A stretch of DNA of 64,000 bases from Shigella phage Sf17: sequence record MF327004; one strand, 5' to 3'. The notes beneath the pieces were generated by a model, which had not been told where the DNA came from, ran no database searches, and saw nothing but the letters and a program-made list of their open reading frames with translations. This document shows, piece after piece, positions 49,412-58,973 of this stretch (positions within the stretch are counted from its first letter, which is position 1; each line of letters starts with the position of its first letter). A program made the translations under genes and the position numbers.

Positions 49412-49663
49412 TCAATAAAATAAGTCTGAAGCTTTTGAATTTACAGGATTCAAAGAACCTTCGTAATGTTCTTCATAACCCTCTTGGCAGATATTATACA
49501 GTTCTTTGAATCGGGTTTCATCAACTGGTTTAACATCTTTCTTAGCGCATAAGAAGAGATACCAATCATACCCCAAATCCCTGCACCAAGCCTCTGAGAC
49601 AAAAGCTATTGATTTGTCTTCGCTCTTGAAGATTGCTAAAGCTTCTTGCTCTTTATTGCTCAC
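49412..49663 (-). CDS. hypothetical protein (83 aa)
   Basis: ORF in small-gene island. Confidence 0.45.
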   Translation of the reverse strand: MSNKEQEALAIFKSEDKSIAFVSEAWCRDLGYDWYLFLCAKKDVKPVDETRFKELYNICQEGYEEHYEGSLNPVNSKASDLFY

Positions 49664-49874
49664 GATACTCTACCTCTCTAAAAGTTTTATGGTAATAGAT
49701 TTTGTAGTAAGCTATCTCGTTACTTTTAACATTTGTTTTAAGAAGAGTCCAGTCATAACCTTCACCAACTCTTCCCCAAATGCTATAAAGTTTCATTAAA
49801 GATACTCCATCCAGTTTTCTGCCAAGGTTCCCCCTTGTACCATGCAGCCATTGGGTAACCCATTTCACATACAA
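49653..49874 (-). CDS. hypothetical ORF (73 aa), overlaps neighbour by 92 nt; possibly shorter or spurious
   Basis: ORF-track call; 3-prime-proximal internal ATG at 49796 would remove the overlap. Confidence 0.25.
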   Translation of the reverse strand: MYVKWVTQWLHGTRGNLGRKLDGVSLMKLYSIWGRVGEGYDWTLLKTNVKSNEIAYYKIYYHKTFREVEYREQ

Positions 49875-49974
49875 CCTTTCCGTCTTTTATTTCAAAGAAC
49901 TCATCAGATGTGAAATTTTCATTTCGAACTTTCTTGCCCTGTTTCATAGCTTCGAGAGCTTCTTCGTATGTCAT
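49783..49974 (-). CDS. small protein tentatively resembling DUF2829-type phage proteins (start trimmed from 49989)
   Basis: N-terminus MTYEEALEAMKQGKKVRNENF...; resemblance to DUF2829 is from memory, not a search; ATG at 49974 gives 4-nt overlap with upstream gene. Confidence 0.35.
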   Translation of the reverse strand: MTYEEALEAMKQGKKVRNENFTSDEFFEIKDGKVVCEMGYPMAAWYKGEPWQKTGWSIFNETL

Positions 49975-50180
49975 TTTTGGTGTCTCCAAAATTCAATGTC
50001 AATAAGTTCCTGTGCAATACTCTTCAGATTCCCTTTCAAGAAAACCTTTTCAGAGTTAGGTAGGCTTGCATTATCAATGAGTCTATTCATTCTGTCAAAA
50101 AGAGTTTTCTTCCGATTCTTGATAGTCTCTTTTGAAGCACCTTGCATCATGGCAAGATGAGTTCTTCCACGGTGGCTCAT
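49971..50180 (-). CDS. hypothetical basic protein (69 aa)
   Basis: ORF in small-gene island. Confidence 0.4.
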   Translation of the reverse strand: MSHRGRTHLAMMQGASKETIKNRKKTLFDRMNRLIDNASLPNSEKVFLKGNLKSIAQELIDIEFWRHQK

Positions 50181-50377
50181 AGACGTTCACCTTTAAGGTA
50201 ACCTGTCTTATCCTTGATAATCTTACCTCCAGCAATAAAAATATCAACCTTGCGAAGATTTTCATTAGAAAGCTTGAGGTGCTTATGGCTACTGCAAATG
50301 ATGATGCACATAGTCTCAATCTCACTTTGAGAATATCCAGCACATTGCAGTTGAACTTCAATTTCTGAAATAGTCAT
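50177..50377 (-). CDS. hypothetical protein (66 aa)
   Basis: ORF immediately downstream of DNA polymerase gene. Confidence 0.4.
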   Translation of the reverse strand: MTISEIEVQLQCAGYSQSEIETMCIIICSSHKHLKLSNENLRKVDIFIAGGKIIKDKTGYLKGERL

Positions 50378-50438
50378 ACAAGTCTCCTATACAATATATA
50401 GTATAAGGTACTCTTCCATGAGCACCTTGTCAACACTA

Positions 50439-53138
50439 TTAGTGGACTTCAAGCCACGATTTACCAACTTTCCCTGCACCTGTGACCAATGTCTCTTTTC
50501 TTAGCCCAAGGTTCTTAGATGCTTGACCATAATACCAGTCAGTTACTGCTTTCACATCTGCTGTCATGCTCTCTGGACATTCCCAGCTTGTTTCATCGTG
50601 GTAAGCACAGAGTAAGCGAGCACCAATAGCTGGTTTACGACCATTCAACTTCATCAAACCTTCGTCAATCATACGACGACATGCAAGGTTGATTGCTTCA
50701 TTCTGAACTTGTGCTTCTGAACCCATCAGCAAATAGTTCAAGAGTTTGTGTGGAGACTTACACCACAGCCAAGCCCCAGCAACCTTCACAAAACCACCTT
50801 TAGAGATTGCAGCAGTTTTACCAAACACCTCTTCAAGTGCTTTCTTAGTTGCTTTGAAATCAGCTTCCAAGTTGTCTAACAGTTTCTTAATCTTCGGCAA
50901 ACGCACAAAGTAAGTCTGCTTAGTCAATGCACCTTCCTGAGTAGTTGCTGCTTTAATTGTCTTGGCAAACTTCTCATCACCTGCACCGAACAACAAAGCA
51001 TAGATACCATTCTTAGCTTTCTTACGTCCCTTGCTAATCTCATGAAGAAGATTCTCATCCTGAGTAGCACGACAAGTCAAGATATCTTGCTCATCATTAA
51101 GGCTGAAGTAGATACTGTTCAGAGTGTGAGCATCAGTCCCTGAGTAAACTACGTACAAATCGTTTTCAGAGTCGTAACGCAGATACTTGTCAATCTCTGG
51201 ATTCAGATACTGGTCAAAGTGTTTACAGTAGTATCTTCCATCCTCTTGACGGACAAACTCAATCTCTTCTTTACCCTCTGTTACCGCTTTGGTGAAGTCT
51301 TTATCACCCATGAAGTTACAGAGTAGTACAAGCTGTGCAGAGTTCATATCAACAGATACTACGTTGGTTCCCTCTTCACAAATCCACACTGCCCTCATTG
51401 GCTCACCGTACACGGCAGCACCAGAAGGTACGTTTACAATACCATACTGAGTCATACGTCCAGTAGAAGTACCAAACACCATTGCACCTGCACTCAAACG
51501 ACCATCTGGACGAATCTGGTTCAGCCAACCTTTCTCATCATCCTTTGAGTTCTCAATAGTCCTGCGTCGGTGCATCAAAGTATAGTACTTCGCAATCTTC
51601 TGTCCAAGCTCACCTTCGATTGTATCATAAGAAGACTCTGTAAGCTTTGGTGAAGTCCTAATCAAGCAAGGCTCAAGCACATCTGTGTACTTCTTAACAG
51701 ACCAGTTATGCTCAATGTAATAGACACCTTCATGCTCAATGTAATTCAATCCACAACGTTCAACCATCTCATCCCACTTAGGATGTTTGCGAATCATCTT
51801 TTTGTTGTCTTTGAATCTGCAAACCTTGATAGGACGACCATCAGAATCTTTTTTATAGTTCCAATCATCAGGAATCCAACCAACGGATTTTAAGTAATCC
51901 TTCACCACAGCTACCTGAGTCATTCGTGAAACTTCAAACTCAATTGGTGTGAATGGTGCATCAATCAAACCAGTGTAGCGACTAGACTCTAACTCAAAGT
52001 GGTTAACAACGTGAACATTGTAGTACTTCACAGTTTTCACAGTCTTAACTGGCTTCCAATCTTTACACTTCTTGCCAATCTTCTCATTCAGTTCATTACA
52101 AACTGCACGAGCATCTTTCATTGCTACAAAACCTTCAGGGTACTCTTCTTTTGTGACCGTGTTAGTTGGAGTGTAGCAGTTGCGTTTCTCAACATTAAAA
52201 ATCTTTGTAGTTGGCTTACCATACGGCTTGATAGGGTACTGCTTCAACTCGCCTTCACGCATCTGTTCACGATACTTTGTCTTAGGGTACTTGGTAATCC
52301 TTTTTAAACCGTCAACGTGACCAAATGTATCTACATACTCATTCCAAGACTTGGCAAATTCTTCACCTGTGACTTTACCTTTTGTCTTAATAGTTGGTGG
52401 AAGGTGTGGTTCAACCTCAGCAGCCAACTCATTAGTTAACTTGTCAAGCTCTTTAACGTGGAACTGCATAAGCTCTACATCAGCTTTCCAACCGTTGATA
52501 GCTTGCTGACTCATCCAGAAAGATGTTTCTTTAGCTCGCATGTAGGTTTCATAAGTGTCAACACCACACTTCTTAAGCTTGAGGTACTCATTATCAAGAG
52601 CACGTTTAGTTTTGGCGTTAATCTTAATATCTTCTACAACACGAGTAAGAATCTCTGCATTCCAGACACCCCACTCTTCAATCTCTGGTTTACGGACACC
52701 TACACGAGCACCCCATGCAGCCAAACCATGAGCACCTTTGTAACCTTTTGGTGTAGGTCTATCCATCCACTGTACGCGAGATTGGATAAGTGAATCCTGA
52801 AAGAAGTCACCCCAAGGCTTACACTTAGGATTCTCAAAGTTCCACAGGTCAGGTGCAATGTGATTAAACACCCACCAGTCATAACCAAGACCATTATGGA
52901 TACAAAGACGTTTAGCTTTCAGTGCAAACTCAACCCCTTCACGCAGACCACCTTTGATGTACTTCGTGTACTTGTGACCAAGGATAGGCTCATCAGTGAA
53001 CACCCACACAGCAGGTTCGTCACTGTCATCTTTATAGTCTGCGAAAGCCATTACGTGTGCTTTTGTAAACTCAAGGAGCAACCCATCAGTTTCTGTATCA
53101 CCAACCAAATGTAATTTTTCGAAATCTACATTGTCCAT
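50439..53138 (-). CDS. DNA polymerase, family A, with 3-prime to 5-prime exonuclease domain
   Basis: Exo I motif VGDTETDGL near N-terminus; motif B-like KAKNGIYALLFGAG; motif C LLCAYHDETSWE. Confidence 0.9.
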   Translation of the reverse strand: MDNVDFEKLHLVGDTETDGLLLEFTKAHVMAFADYKDDSDEPAVWVFTDEPILGHKYTKYIKGGLREGVEFALKAKRLCIHNGLGYDWWVFNHIAPDLWNFENPKCKPWGDFFQDSLIQSRVQWMDRPTPKGYKGAHGLAAWGARVGVRKPEIEEWGVWNAEILTRVVEDIKINAKTKRALDNEYLKLKKCGVDTYETYMRAKETSFWMSQQAINGWKADVELMQFHVKELDKLTNELAAEVEPHLPPTIKTKGKVTGEEFAKSWNEYVDTFGHVDGLKRITKYPKTKYREQMREGELKQYPIKPYGKPTTKIFNVEKRNCYTPTNTVTKEEYPEGFVAMKDARAVCNELNEKIGKKCKDWKPVKTVKTVKYYNVHVVNHFELESSRYTGLIDAPFTPIEFEVSRMTQVAVVKDYLKSVGWIPDDWNYKKDSDGRPIKVCRFKDNKKMIRKHPKWDEMVERCGLNYIEHEGVYYIEHNWSVKKYTDVLEPCLIRTSPKLTESSYDTIEGELGQKIAKYYTLMHRRRTIENSKDDEKGWLNQIRPDGRLSAGAMVFGTSTGRMTQYGIVNVPSGAAVYGEPMRAVWICEEGTNVVSVDMNSAQLVLLCNFMGDKDFTKAVTEGKEEIEFVRQEDGRYYCKHFDQYLNPEIDKYLRYDSENDLYVVYSGTDAHTLNSIYFSLNDEQDILTCRATQDENLLHEISKGRKKAKNGIYALLFGAGDEKFAKTIKAATTQEGALTKQTYFVRLPKIKKLLDNLEADFKATKKALEEVFGKTAAISKGGFVKVAGAWLWCKSPHKLLNYLLMGSEAQVQNEAINLACRRMIDEGLMKLNGRKPAIGARLLCAYHDETSWECPESMTADVKAVTDWYYGQASKNLGLRKETLVTGAGKVGKSWLEVH

Positions 53139-53397
53139 TTTTACTCCCTCTCAAATCATTCTGGGTAATACCCTACAGCAATTTTCTGCAAAAAGCAAGT
53201 TGACAAACTGCTTGACAAGGTGTTAGTCTTTTCGAAGTGGGTTTTATCTTAATAGACTCCCTTTATAGATTAACTATACAGTTTCTTTAAAAGTCTTAAA
53301 AGATTTTTAATAGCTTTTAAAAAGCTTTAAAGTTATATGTATAACATACATAAAGATAAGAGATTAAAATCTTTATAGATACTTAACAGAGGCAATC
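53139..53397. promoter_or_regulatory. divergent intergenic control region (tandem TTGACAA boxes, AT-rich palindromes)
   Basis: agTTGACAAactgcTTGACAAgg at 53198-53219; repeated cttaaaag / ctttatag words; separates minus-strand polymerase from plus-strand block. Confidence 0.35.
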
Positions 53398-53838
53398 ATG
53401 CAGAGGATGTACGTTCACCCAGATATCAATAACCTTGTCCAAGCTTTAGAAAGAGTTGAAGCACTTTACATCGAGGCTCAGAAGGAGTATGCTTATCAAC
53501 ATCGTCGAATGGTTGATGTTCAGCATGAGATAGAACTATCAAGTGGATACGACGAAGGTTTAAAGTGCTCGGTATTTGAGCACATGAAAGAGATATCTTC
53601 AGAAAGACGTAAAGCGAAAGACACAATCTTTTTGATAGATACCTTAAAAAATAAGTTGCAAAATGGAACGGACTTAGATAGTCTATCCCAACTGCTTCAG
53701 GATGCAGAGAATACATGGGACAGAAATTACTTCCCACGGTCTGAAAAAGGACTTGACTTCTCTTCACAAGAAAGCTTAAGATTGTCACGACTTACTATTA
53801 ACAAAATGAGAGAGATTAAAGATGAAAACTGTAAATGA
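53398..53838 (+). CDS. hypothetical protein (146 aa)
   Basis: First ORF of plus-strand replication block. Confidence 0.45.
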   Translation: MQRMYVHPDINNLVQALERVEALYIEAQKEYAYQHRRMVDVQHEIELSSGYDEGLKCSVFEHMKEISSERRKAKDTIFLIDTLKNKLQNGTDLDSLSQLLQDAENTWDRNYFPRSEKGLDFSSQESLRLSRLTINKMREIKDENCK

Positions 53839-54616
53839 GATTCTTGAAGAAAAAGGTATTGACGAAGCATTCATGCTGAACACTGTTGAGACTCTTGCTA
53901 TCATTATGCGTAGCAACTCACTGTCAGGAAAATTTATCCCTGAATCTCTGCGTGTTGTAGAAAACGCTGTAGAGAATGACGAAGATTTCCGTAAAGAGGT
54001 TGAATACCTGCTGGCTAATAAGACTGATGCTCTGAAAACCATCCTCATTGGTGTTGATGCCTTTGCAACATACATCTTTGATGAAATGTATTCAGGTGGA
54101 TACATCCAGATTACTGAGAAGGGTATTAAAGAGCTTGATAACATGAGTGATGAAGACCTTCTGAAAGCTATTTGTACGCCAGTTGCTGCTGTAATGGCAT
54201 CGCTAGAGAAGCGTATGAATGATAAGTCACCACGTTATGCAAAACTGGATTGGGGCTTTGATGAAGTATCTGACAAGGCAATTCAGTATGCTGATGAGAC
54301 AATGAATAAGCTGTCAGAGATTACTAATGGTCTCTCTTTAGACCCTATTCAGGTTAAGGTAACTTCACTGTTAAATGCTATCTTTAGCATCATGGGTATC
54401 CATGCTTTACTTGAAGTGTCAAAAATGTTAGAGTCTGACCCAAGCTTTGTAGAGAGCATTTCACAAGGTGCTCATACAGCAGCACTCGGGGATGTATTTA
54501 GCCAAACTGGTGCAGCAGTTCTTAGCACCAAGATTGCAATCAACTTCGGTGAAGAGTTTGTTCAGCAGTTAGAAGCAATGTCTGAGCGTGAACTCACTGG
54601 TTCTAAACTACAATAA
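53822..54616 (+). CDS. hypothetical protein (264 aa)
   Basis: ORF followed by hairpin plus T-run at about 54630-54658. Confidence 0.5.
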   Translation: MKTVNEILEEKGIDEAFMLNTVETLAIIMRSNSLSGKFIPESLRVVENAVENDEDFRKEVEYLLANKTDALKTILIGVDAFATYIFDEMYSGGYIQITEKGIKELDNMSDEDLLKAICTPVAAVMASLEKRMNDKSPRYAKLDWGFDEVSDKAIQYADETMNKLSEITNGLSLDPIQVKVTSLLNAIFSIMGIHALLEVSKMLESDPSFVESISQGAHTAALGDVFSQTGAAVLSTKIAINFGEEFVQQLEAMSERELTGSKLQ

Positions 54617-54673
54617 TTGTGGCATACCCTTAAGCCTCCTTAATTGGGGGCTTTTTATTATGGAGTGAACGAT

Positions 54674-55414
54674 ATGAAAAGTGTTATTGCATTTACTGGA
54701 AAAGCTCGTTCTGGAAAGGATACATCTTGCAGCATTGTAAAAAATCTATTGAATGAGGCTGGATACACTGTTAAAGTGTTTGCGTTTGCCGATAACTTAA
54801 AAGCAACTGCTGGATTTATCTTTGACTTGAACTGGCAAGACCTGTATGGTGATACGAAAGAAACACCTAAAAAGTTTAGCTTAGATTTTGACAATCTTAA
54901 CTCCCGTGTGGCATGGGCTTTCCAGCTAAACATGAAAAGTAAGGGCATCCATGAAGATGCAAAACTTTGTGGGGAAATCACAGACAGGCTTATCAAAGAG
55001 TTAAAGAAAGTTGGTAAACCTACATTGCTTACAAAGCTTGGTTTGAAAAATGAATATATGATTTCCTCAAGACAAATACAGCAAGTCTGGGGTAGTGAGG
55101 TTATCCGTAAAATTCTTGGAGAGCGTTTCTGGATTACAGACTTGGCAGAACGTATTGAAAAATTCTATGGTGATTGTGTTAAGAAAAGTCACATAGGTAT
55201 TGCACTGATATGTGATTTAAGGTTTGATATTGAAGCTGAGTTCCTTCAAAGCTATGATAGCCAGATAATTGAGATTACAAGAAAAGATGCTATTCAGGTG
55301 GCTTCCCATAGCTCTGAACGTGGTATTTCCACTAACTTCTCTCGTGATATTATCCAGAATAATGGAACGATGGAAGAATTAGAGAGTAAACTTAAAACCA
55401 TTATCAATCTATAA
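54674..55414 (+). CDS. deoxynucleoside monophosphate kinase (T4 gp1-like), start trimmed from 54644
   Basis: P-loop IAFTGKARSGKDT and C-terminal NNGTMEELESKLKTIINL parallel T4 dNMP kinase; GGAG ribosome-binding site before ATG 54674. Confidence 0.75.
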   Translation: MKSVIAFTGKARSGKDTSCSIVKNLLNEAGYTVKVFAFADNLKATAGFIFDLNWQDLYGDTKETPKKFSLDFDNLNSRVAWAFQLNMKSKGIHEDAKLCGEITDRLIKELKKVGKPTLLTKLGLKNEYMISSRQIQQVWGSEVIRKILGERFWITDLAERIEKFYGDCVKKSHIGIALICDLRFDIEAEFLQSYDSQIIEITRKDAIQVASHSSERGISTNFSRDIIQNNGTMEELESKLKTIINL

Positions 55415-55417
55415 AAG

Positions 55418-55618
55418 GTGTTGAAGATGAGAGAGAATAACTTTAAAGTAATTGACCACCGTACAGTGGAACTCTCATCTCTTTCCAAAGAAGTTATGAT
55501 GGAGCGACTTGAAAGGGTCGCTTCAAGAAGGAAAGAGATTGCAGAAGAAATCCATGAGCTTGATAAGATTGAAAACGGTCTTAAGGCAGAACTACAACGA
55601 AGAGGTGTGAATGGCTAA
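55418..55618 (+). CDS. hypothetical coiled-coil protein (66 aa)
   Basis: ORF between kinase and primase-helicase. Confidence 0.4.
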   Translation: MLKMRENNFKVIDHRTVELSSLSKEVMMERLERVASRRKEIAEEIHELDKIENGLKAELQRRGVNG

Positions 55619-57602
55619 ACAGAGAAAACTGAAAGATGCTGGAACATTTGTAGGTCACTGTGCATGTCCACGCCATCAATGTTTATCTTCAGATGCAGGT
55701 TCTATATATCGTCATGATGACGGTTCATATTCAATGACATGTTTCAGTTGTGGAAAAGGTTTTCCAGAGTGGGATTTTGATAAAGGGCAGATTGTGAGTA
55801 CTCATACTTCAGGTTCAGAGAATAAAAACCGTACATTTCGTGGTATGGATTTAGATGATGTGAAAGAAAACCTAGAAGCAATGGATTTAAAAGACAGGAA
55901 GATTCCTGCAAAAGTCCTTGAGCGTCTTGGTATTAAAGTTGATATTGATGATAACGGTGATATTGATGCACATTTCTATCCAACATACAAAAAGGATGAA
56001 GATGGGAAGTTGCAACATGTAGGTTATCGTGTTCGTCACAAATATCCAGATGACTATCATAAAGAGCACTTACGTGGGAAGTTGAAAGATTTTTCTGGTG
56101 GTGTCGGAGATATTAAAGGTGAACTGGCTATGTTCGGTTCATGGATTGCTCCAGAAGGTGGTAACCGTCTTTTCATCTGGGAAGGTGAGATGGAATGTGC
56201 TACAGCAATCTACATGACTTCTTTAGCAATTAAAGATAAGTCTAGACGTAAGAATTACTGCCACGTTTCTGTACCATCTGGTGCTAATGTTAAGTCTATC
56301 AAAGAGAACTATCAGTATATTACTTCCTTTGATGAAATCTACCTGTGCTTTGATAATGATGAAGCAGGGGCTAAAGCAACTAAGGAAGCTGCTGGTATCT
56401 TACCTATTGAGAAAGTAAGACTGTTCCAGTATCCTGAAGGTATTAAAGACCTTAGTGAGTGGTGGACTAAGTTCTTCAAAGACAAAGATACAGTCTTAGA
56501 AGGATTTAAACAACGAATCTACAATGCACCTCGTTACTGTCCTGCTGGTATCAAGAACTTTGCAGACGGTTTCGATGCTATGAAGAATCGTGGTCAGATT
56601 CCTTTAATTCCTTTCCCAGATTCTTTCGGGGATTTGAATAAGCTGACTTATGGCGGGTATGGTTTAGGTGAAATTACAACCCTTGCTGCACCTTCATCTG
56701 TAGGTAAATCTGCATATACTCGTGAGATGATTTACAAAGCATGGAAAGATACCGAGTACAACATTGGTGTGATTCCTGTAGAAGATACTTACGAAGAACT
56801 CATGGAAATGCTCTGTGCAATCCATCTTAGTAAGCAGATTTCAGAGATTCCTTACGATGAGCGTAATTGGGATGAGATTAAGGTTGCACATGCTGAGTTA
56901 TCAAAAGGTCGTCGTATTCACATCGTAGACCACCAAGGGGCAATTGACCAAGATAACCTGCTGGAGTTTGTTGACTATCTGGTTAACAGTCTCGATTGTA
57001 AGATTATCATCCTTGACCCTATTACATTGGCACTGTCACGCTCTGATACAGATGAAGAAGAAGTTCTGTCTGAGTTACTTCGTCGCTGTAAGCGTTATCA
57101 GTATGCTCAGGTAAACGTATGTCACGTTCGTAAGAGTGCAGGTGGTCAAAAGGCCAACTCTGAAGGTGGTGATATTTCTGAAGAAGATATCAAGGGTTCT
57201 GGTGCATACTTCCAGATTTCCATGAACAACATTTTGCTTATGCGTAACAAGGTTGACCCAGACCCTGTTAAAAAGAACTTGACAAAAATCAAGCTAACGA
57301 AGTGTCGTCGTCATGGTAAATCAACTGGTATTGCTGGTCACACTTGGTACAATCCAGATACAGGCCGTCTTGTAAAGGCTGCTGGATGCGGTGTTGATAT
57401 TGATGGTGCAGCAGAGAATATTCGTCAGCAGTTTGGTATTGGTGAGGCTGAAGACCATTACGATGACTCTATGCCACACTATGAAGATGTTGATTTTGAC
57501 CGTGAATCTGGAGAGATTTACACACAAGAGCAACGTGAAAGCTCCACCATTCCACCTGTGATTAACGAGGATAATGATGACTGTCCGTTCGAAACTGATT
57601 GA
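55611..57602 (+). CDS. bifunctional DNA primase-helicase (T7 gp4-like)
   Basis: N-terminal Cys4 zinc-binding element (CACPRHQC...CFSCG), TOPRIM motifs (IWEGEMECATAI, CFDNDEAG), helicase Walker A PSSVGKSAYT and Walker B IIILDPIT. Confidence 0.85.
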   Translation: MAKQRKLKDAGTFVGHCACPRHQCLSSDAGSIYRHDDGSYSMTCFSCGKGFPEWDFDKGQIVSTHTSGSENKNRTFRGMDLDDVKENLEAMDLKDRKIPAKVLERLGIKVDIDDNGDIDAHFYPTYKKDEDGKLQHVGYRVRHKYPDDYHKEHLRGKLKDFSGGVGDIKGELAMFGSWIAPEGGNRLFIWEGEMECATAIYMTSLAIKDKSRRKNYCHVSVPSGANVKSIKENYQYITSFDEIYLCFDNDEAGAKATKEAAGILPIEKVRLFQYPEGIKDLSEWWTKFFKDKDTVLEGFKQRIYNAPRYCPAGIKNFADGFDAMKNRGQIPLIPFPDSFGDLNKLTYGGYGLGEITTLAAPSSVGKSAYTREMIYKAWKDTEYNIGVIPVEDTYEELMEMLCAIHLSKQISEIPYDERNWDEIKVAHAELSKGRRIHIVDHQGAIDQDNLLEFVDYLVNSLDCKIIILDPITLALSRSDTDEEEVLSELLRRCKRYQYAQVNVCHVRKSAGGQKANSEGGDISEEDIKGSGAYFQISMNNILLMRNKVDPDPVKKNLTKIKLTKCRRHGKSTGIAGHTWYNPDTGRLVKAAGCGVDIDGAAENIRQQFGIGEAEDHYDDSMPHYEDVDFDRESGEIYTQEQRESSTIPPVINEDNDDCPFETD

Positions 57603-57855
57603 TAGTTATCTGAAGGAGGGTTTTGAACCCTTCTATTCAGAAGAAAGCAGAGAAAAATTTGTAAAAGAGTGCTTGACTAAGATAGAGCAGTTCGGTAAAG
57701 TACTCATCAACAAGGGACATGAAGTAAAGTTTGAACACTTATCAAAAGATAATGTTGAGCAGTTTGCATTAGCGATTGATGGTTTATCTACAGTTTACAT
57801 CTTTACCTTGACTAATAAACATTTTGAATATGAAATATATCGGAGAGATTCATGA
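57574..57855 (+). CDS. hypothetical protein (93 aa)
   Basis: ORF overlapping primase-helicase 3-prime end. Confidence 0.4.
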   Translation: MMTVRSKLIDSYLKEGFEPFYSEESREKFVKECLTKIEQFGKVLINKGHEVKFEHLSKDNVEQFALAIDGLSTVYIFTLTNKHFEYEIYRRDS

Positions 57856-58074
57856 AACATTCTAAAGCATTCGAGAAAGTATTTGGCGATTCCATGAAAG
57901 CAACTGCTGGTAAATCTGCTGAACACTATGTACAGAAGCGAGTTCGTACAGGTAAGACGGCTCGTAAAGCAGCTAAGAAATCTGCTTAAAGTGTTTGACA
58001 AGGGAGTACGAAGTCTGTAAGATTGTACTCCTTGATAGTTGAGTTGAAAGTTAATTTGAGAAAGAGGTATTAAA

Positions 58075-58938
58075 ATGTCTAAAGTTGTTAAAATGAAAGC
58101 TCCGGTAGAGAAGTACAATGGTCAAGAACGTGAGACTCTGCGTTACCTGCTGAAAGATGTTTGGTTCTATTACCTGAACACTATTCCACGCCCTCAAAAG
58201 GGTAAATCTGTGGATAAGCATTTTCCGGGCAAAGATTGTAACTACAGCGTTTCAATTCTGGCAAAAGATGGTAACAAGCTCTTTAAAGAGTTCACCAAGT
58301 CTAAAAAGAGTCCTGAAGGTTGGGATAAAGTTACTACAGAGGCTGTTGATGCAGATGACTTCGAAGAGAAGTTTGGTTGTGAGCCTCCGTTTGAAGCTGA
58401 CACCTATCACATCCTGAAGGTTAGCCGTTCAGCAGCATATAAAGATGGTGCTGTGTGGTCAGCAAAACAGAGTTTCCCTGTAATGCTGGTTGAAGAAATC
58501 AACGGTAAGCGTGTTGCAGTTAAGCAGCCTATGAAGAAAATCAAGGCAGCAAAATCTGATAAGCACGATGATGATAAGACTTACGATGTAATTCATCCAG
58601 ATATTGCAGTTGGTAACGGTTCATTTGGTAGTGTGATTCTGGCGACTCACTTCTACACATTTGAAGGTAACGTTCTGACCAAGCCAATTCAGGAACAATT
58701 TATCATTGATACTCTGGTTCCTTACACTGGTGGTACTGGTGGTGCTACTGAGACTGAACTGGATGAAGATGAACTGGCAATGCTTGGTCTTGCAGGTGTT
58801 GAAGACAACGGTGAAATCACTGAAGAAGATGCAAAAGATTCTGGTGATGAAGGTAAAGGTGGTGATGACGACGATGACGACGACCTGCCAAACCCAGATG
58901 ATGACGACGAAGATGATTTCGAAACTGACGACGAGTAA
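58075..58938 (+). CDS. putative single-stranded DNA-binding protein with acidic C-terminal tail
   Basis: C-terminus GDDDDDDDLPNPDDDDEDDFETDDE resembles acidic tails of phage SSBs; located within the replication block. Confidence 0.5.
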   Translation: MSKVVKMKAPVEKYNGQERETLRYLLKDVWFYYLNTIPRPQKGKSVDKHFPGKDCNYSVSILAKDGNKLFKEFTKSKKSPEGWDKVTTEAVDADDFEEKFGCEPPFEADTYHILKVSRSAAYKDGAVWSAKQSFPVMLVEEINGKRVAVKQPMKKIKAAKSDKHDDDKTYDVIHPDIAVGNGSFGSVILATHFYTFEGNVLTKPIQEQFIIDTLVPYTGGTGGATETELDEDELAMLGLAGVEDNGEITEEDAKDSGDEGKGGDDDDDDDLPNPDDDDEDDFETDDE

Positions 58939-58973
58939 TAGTCAGTAACTACTACAAAGCCCTGTACAGACGT

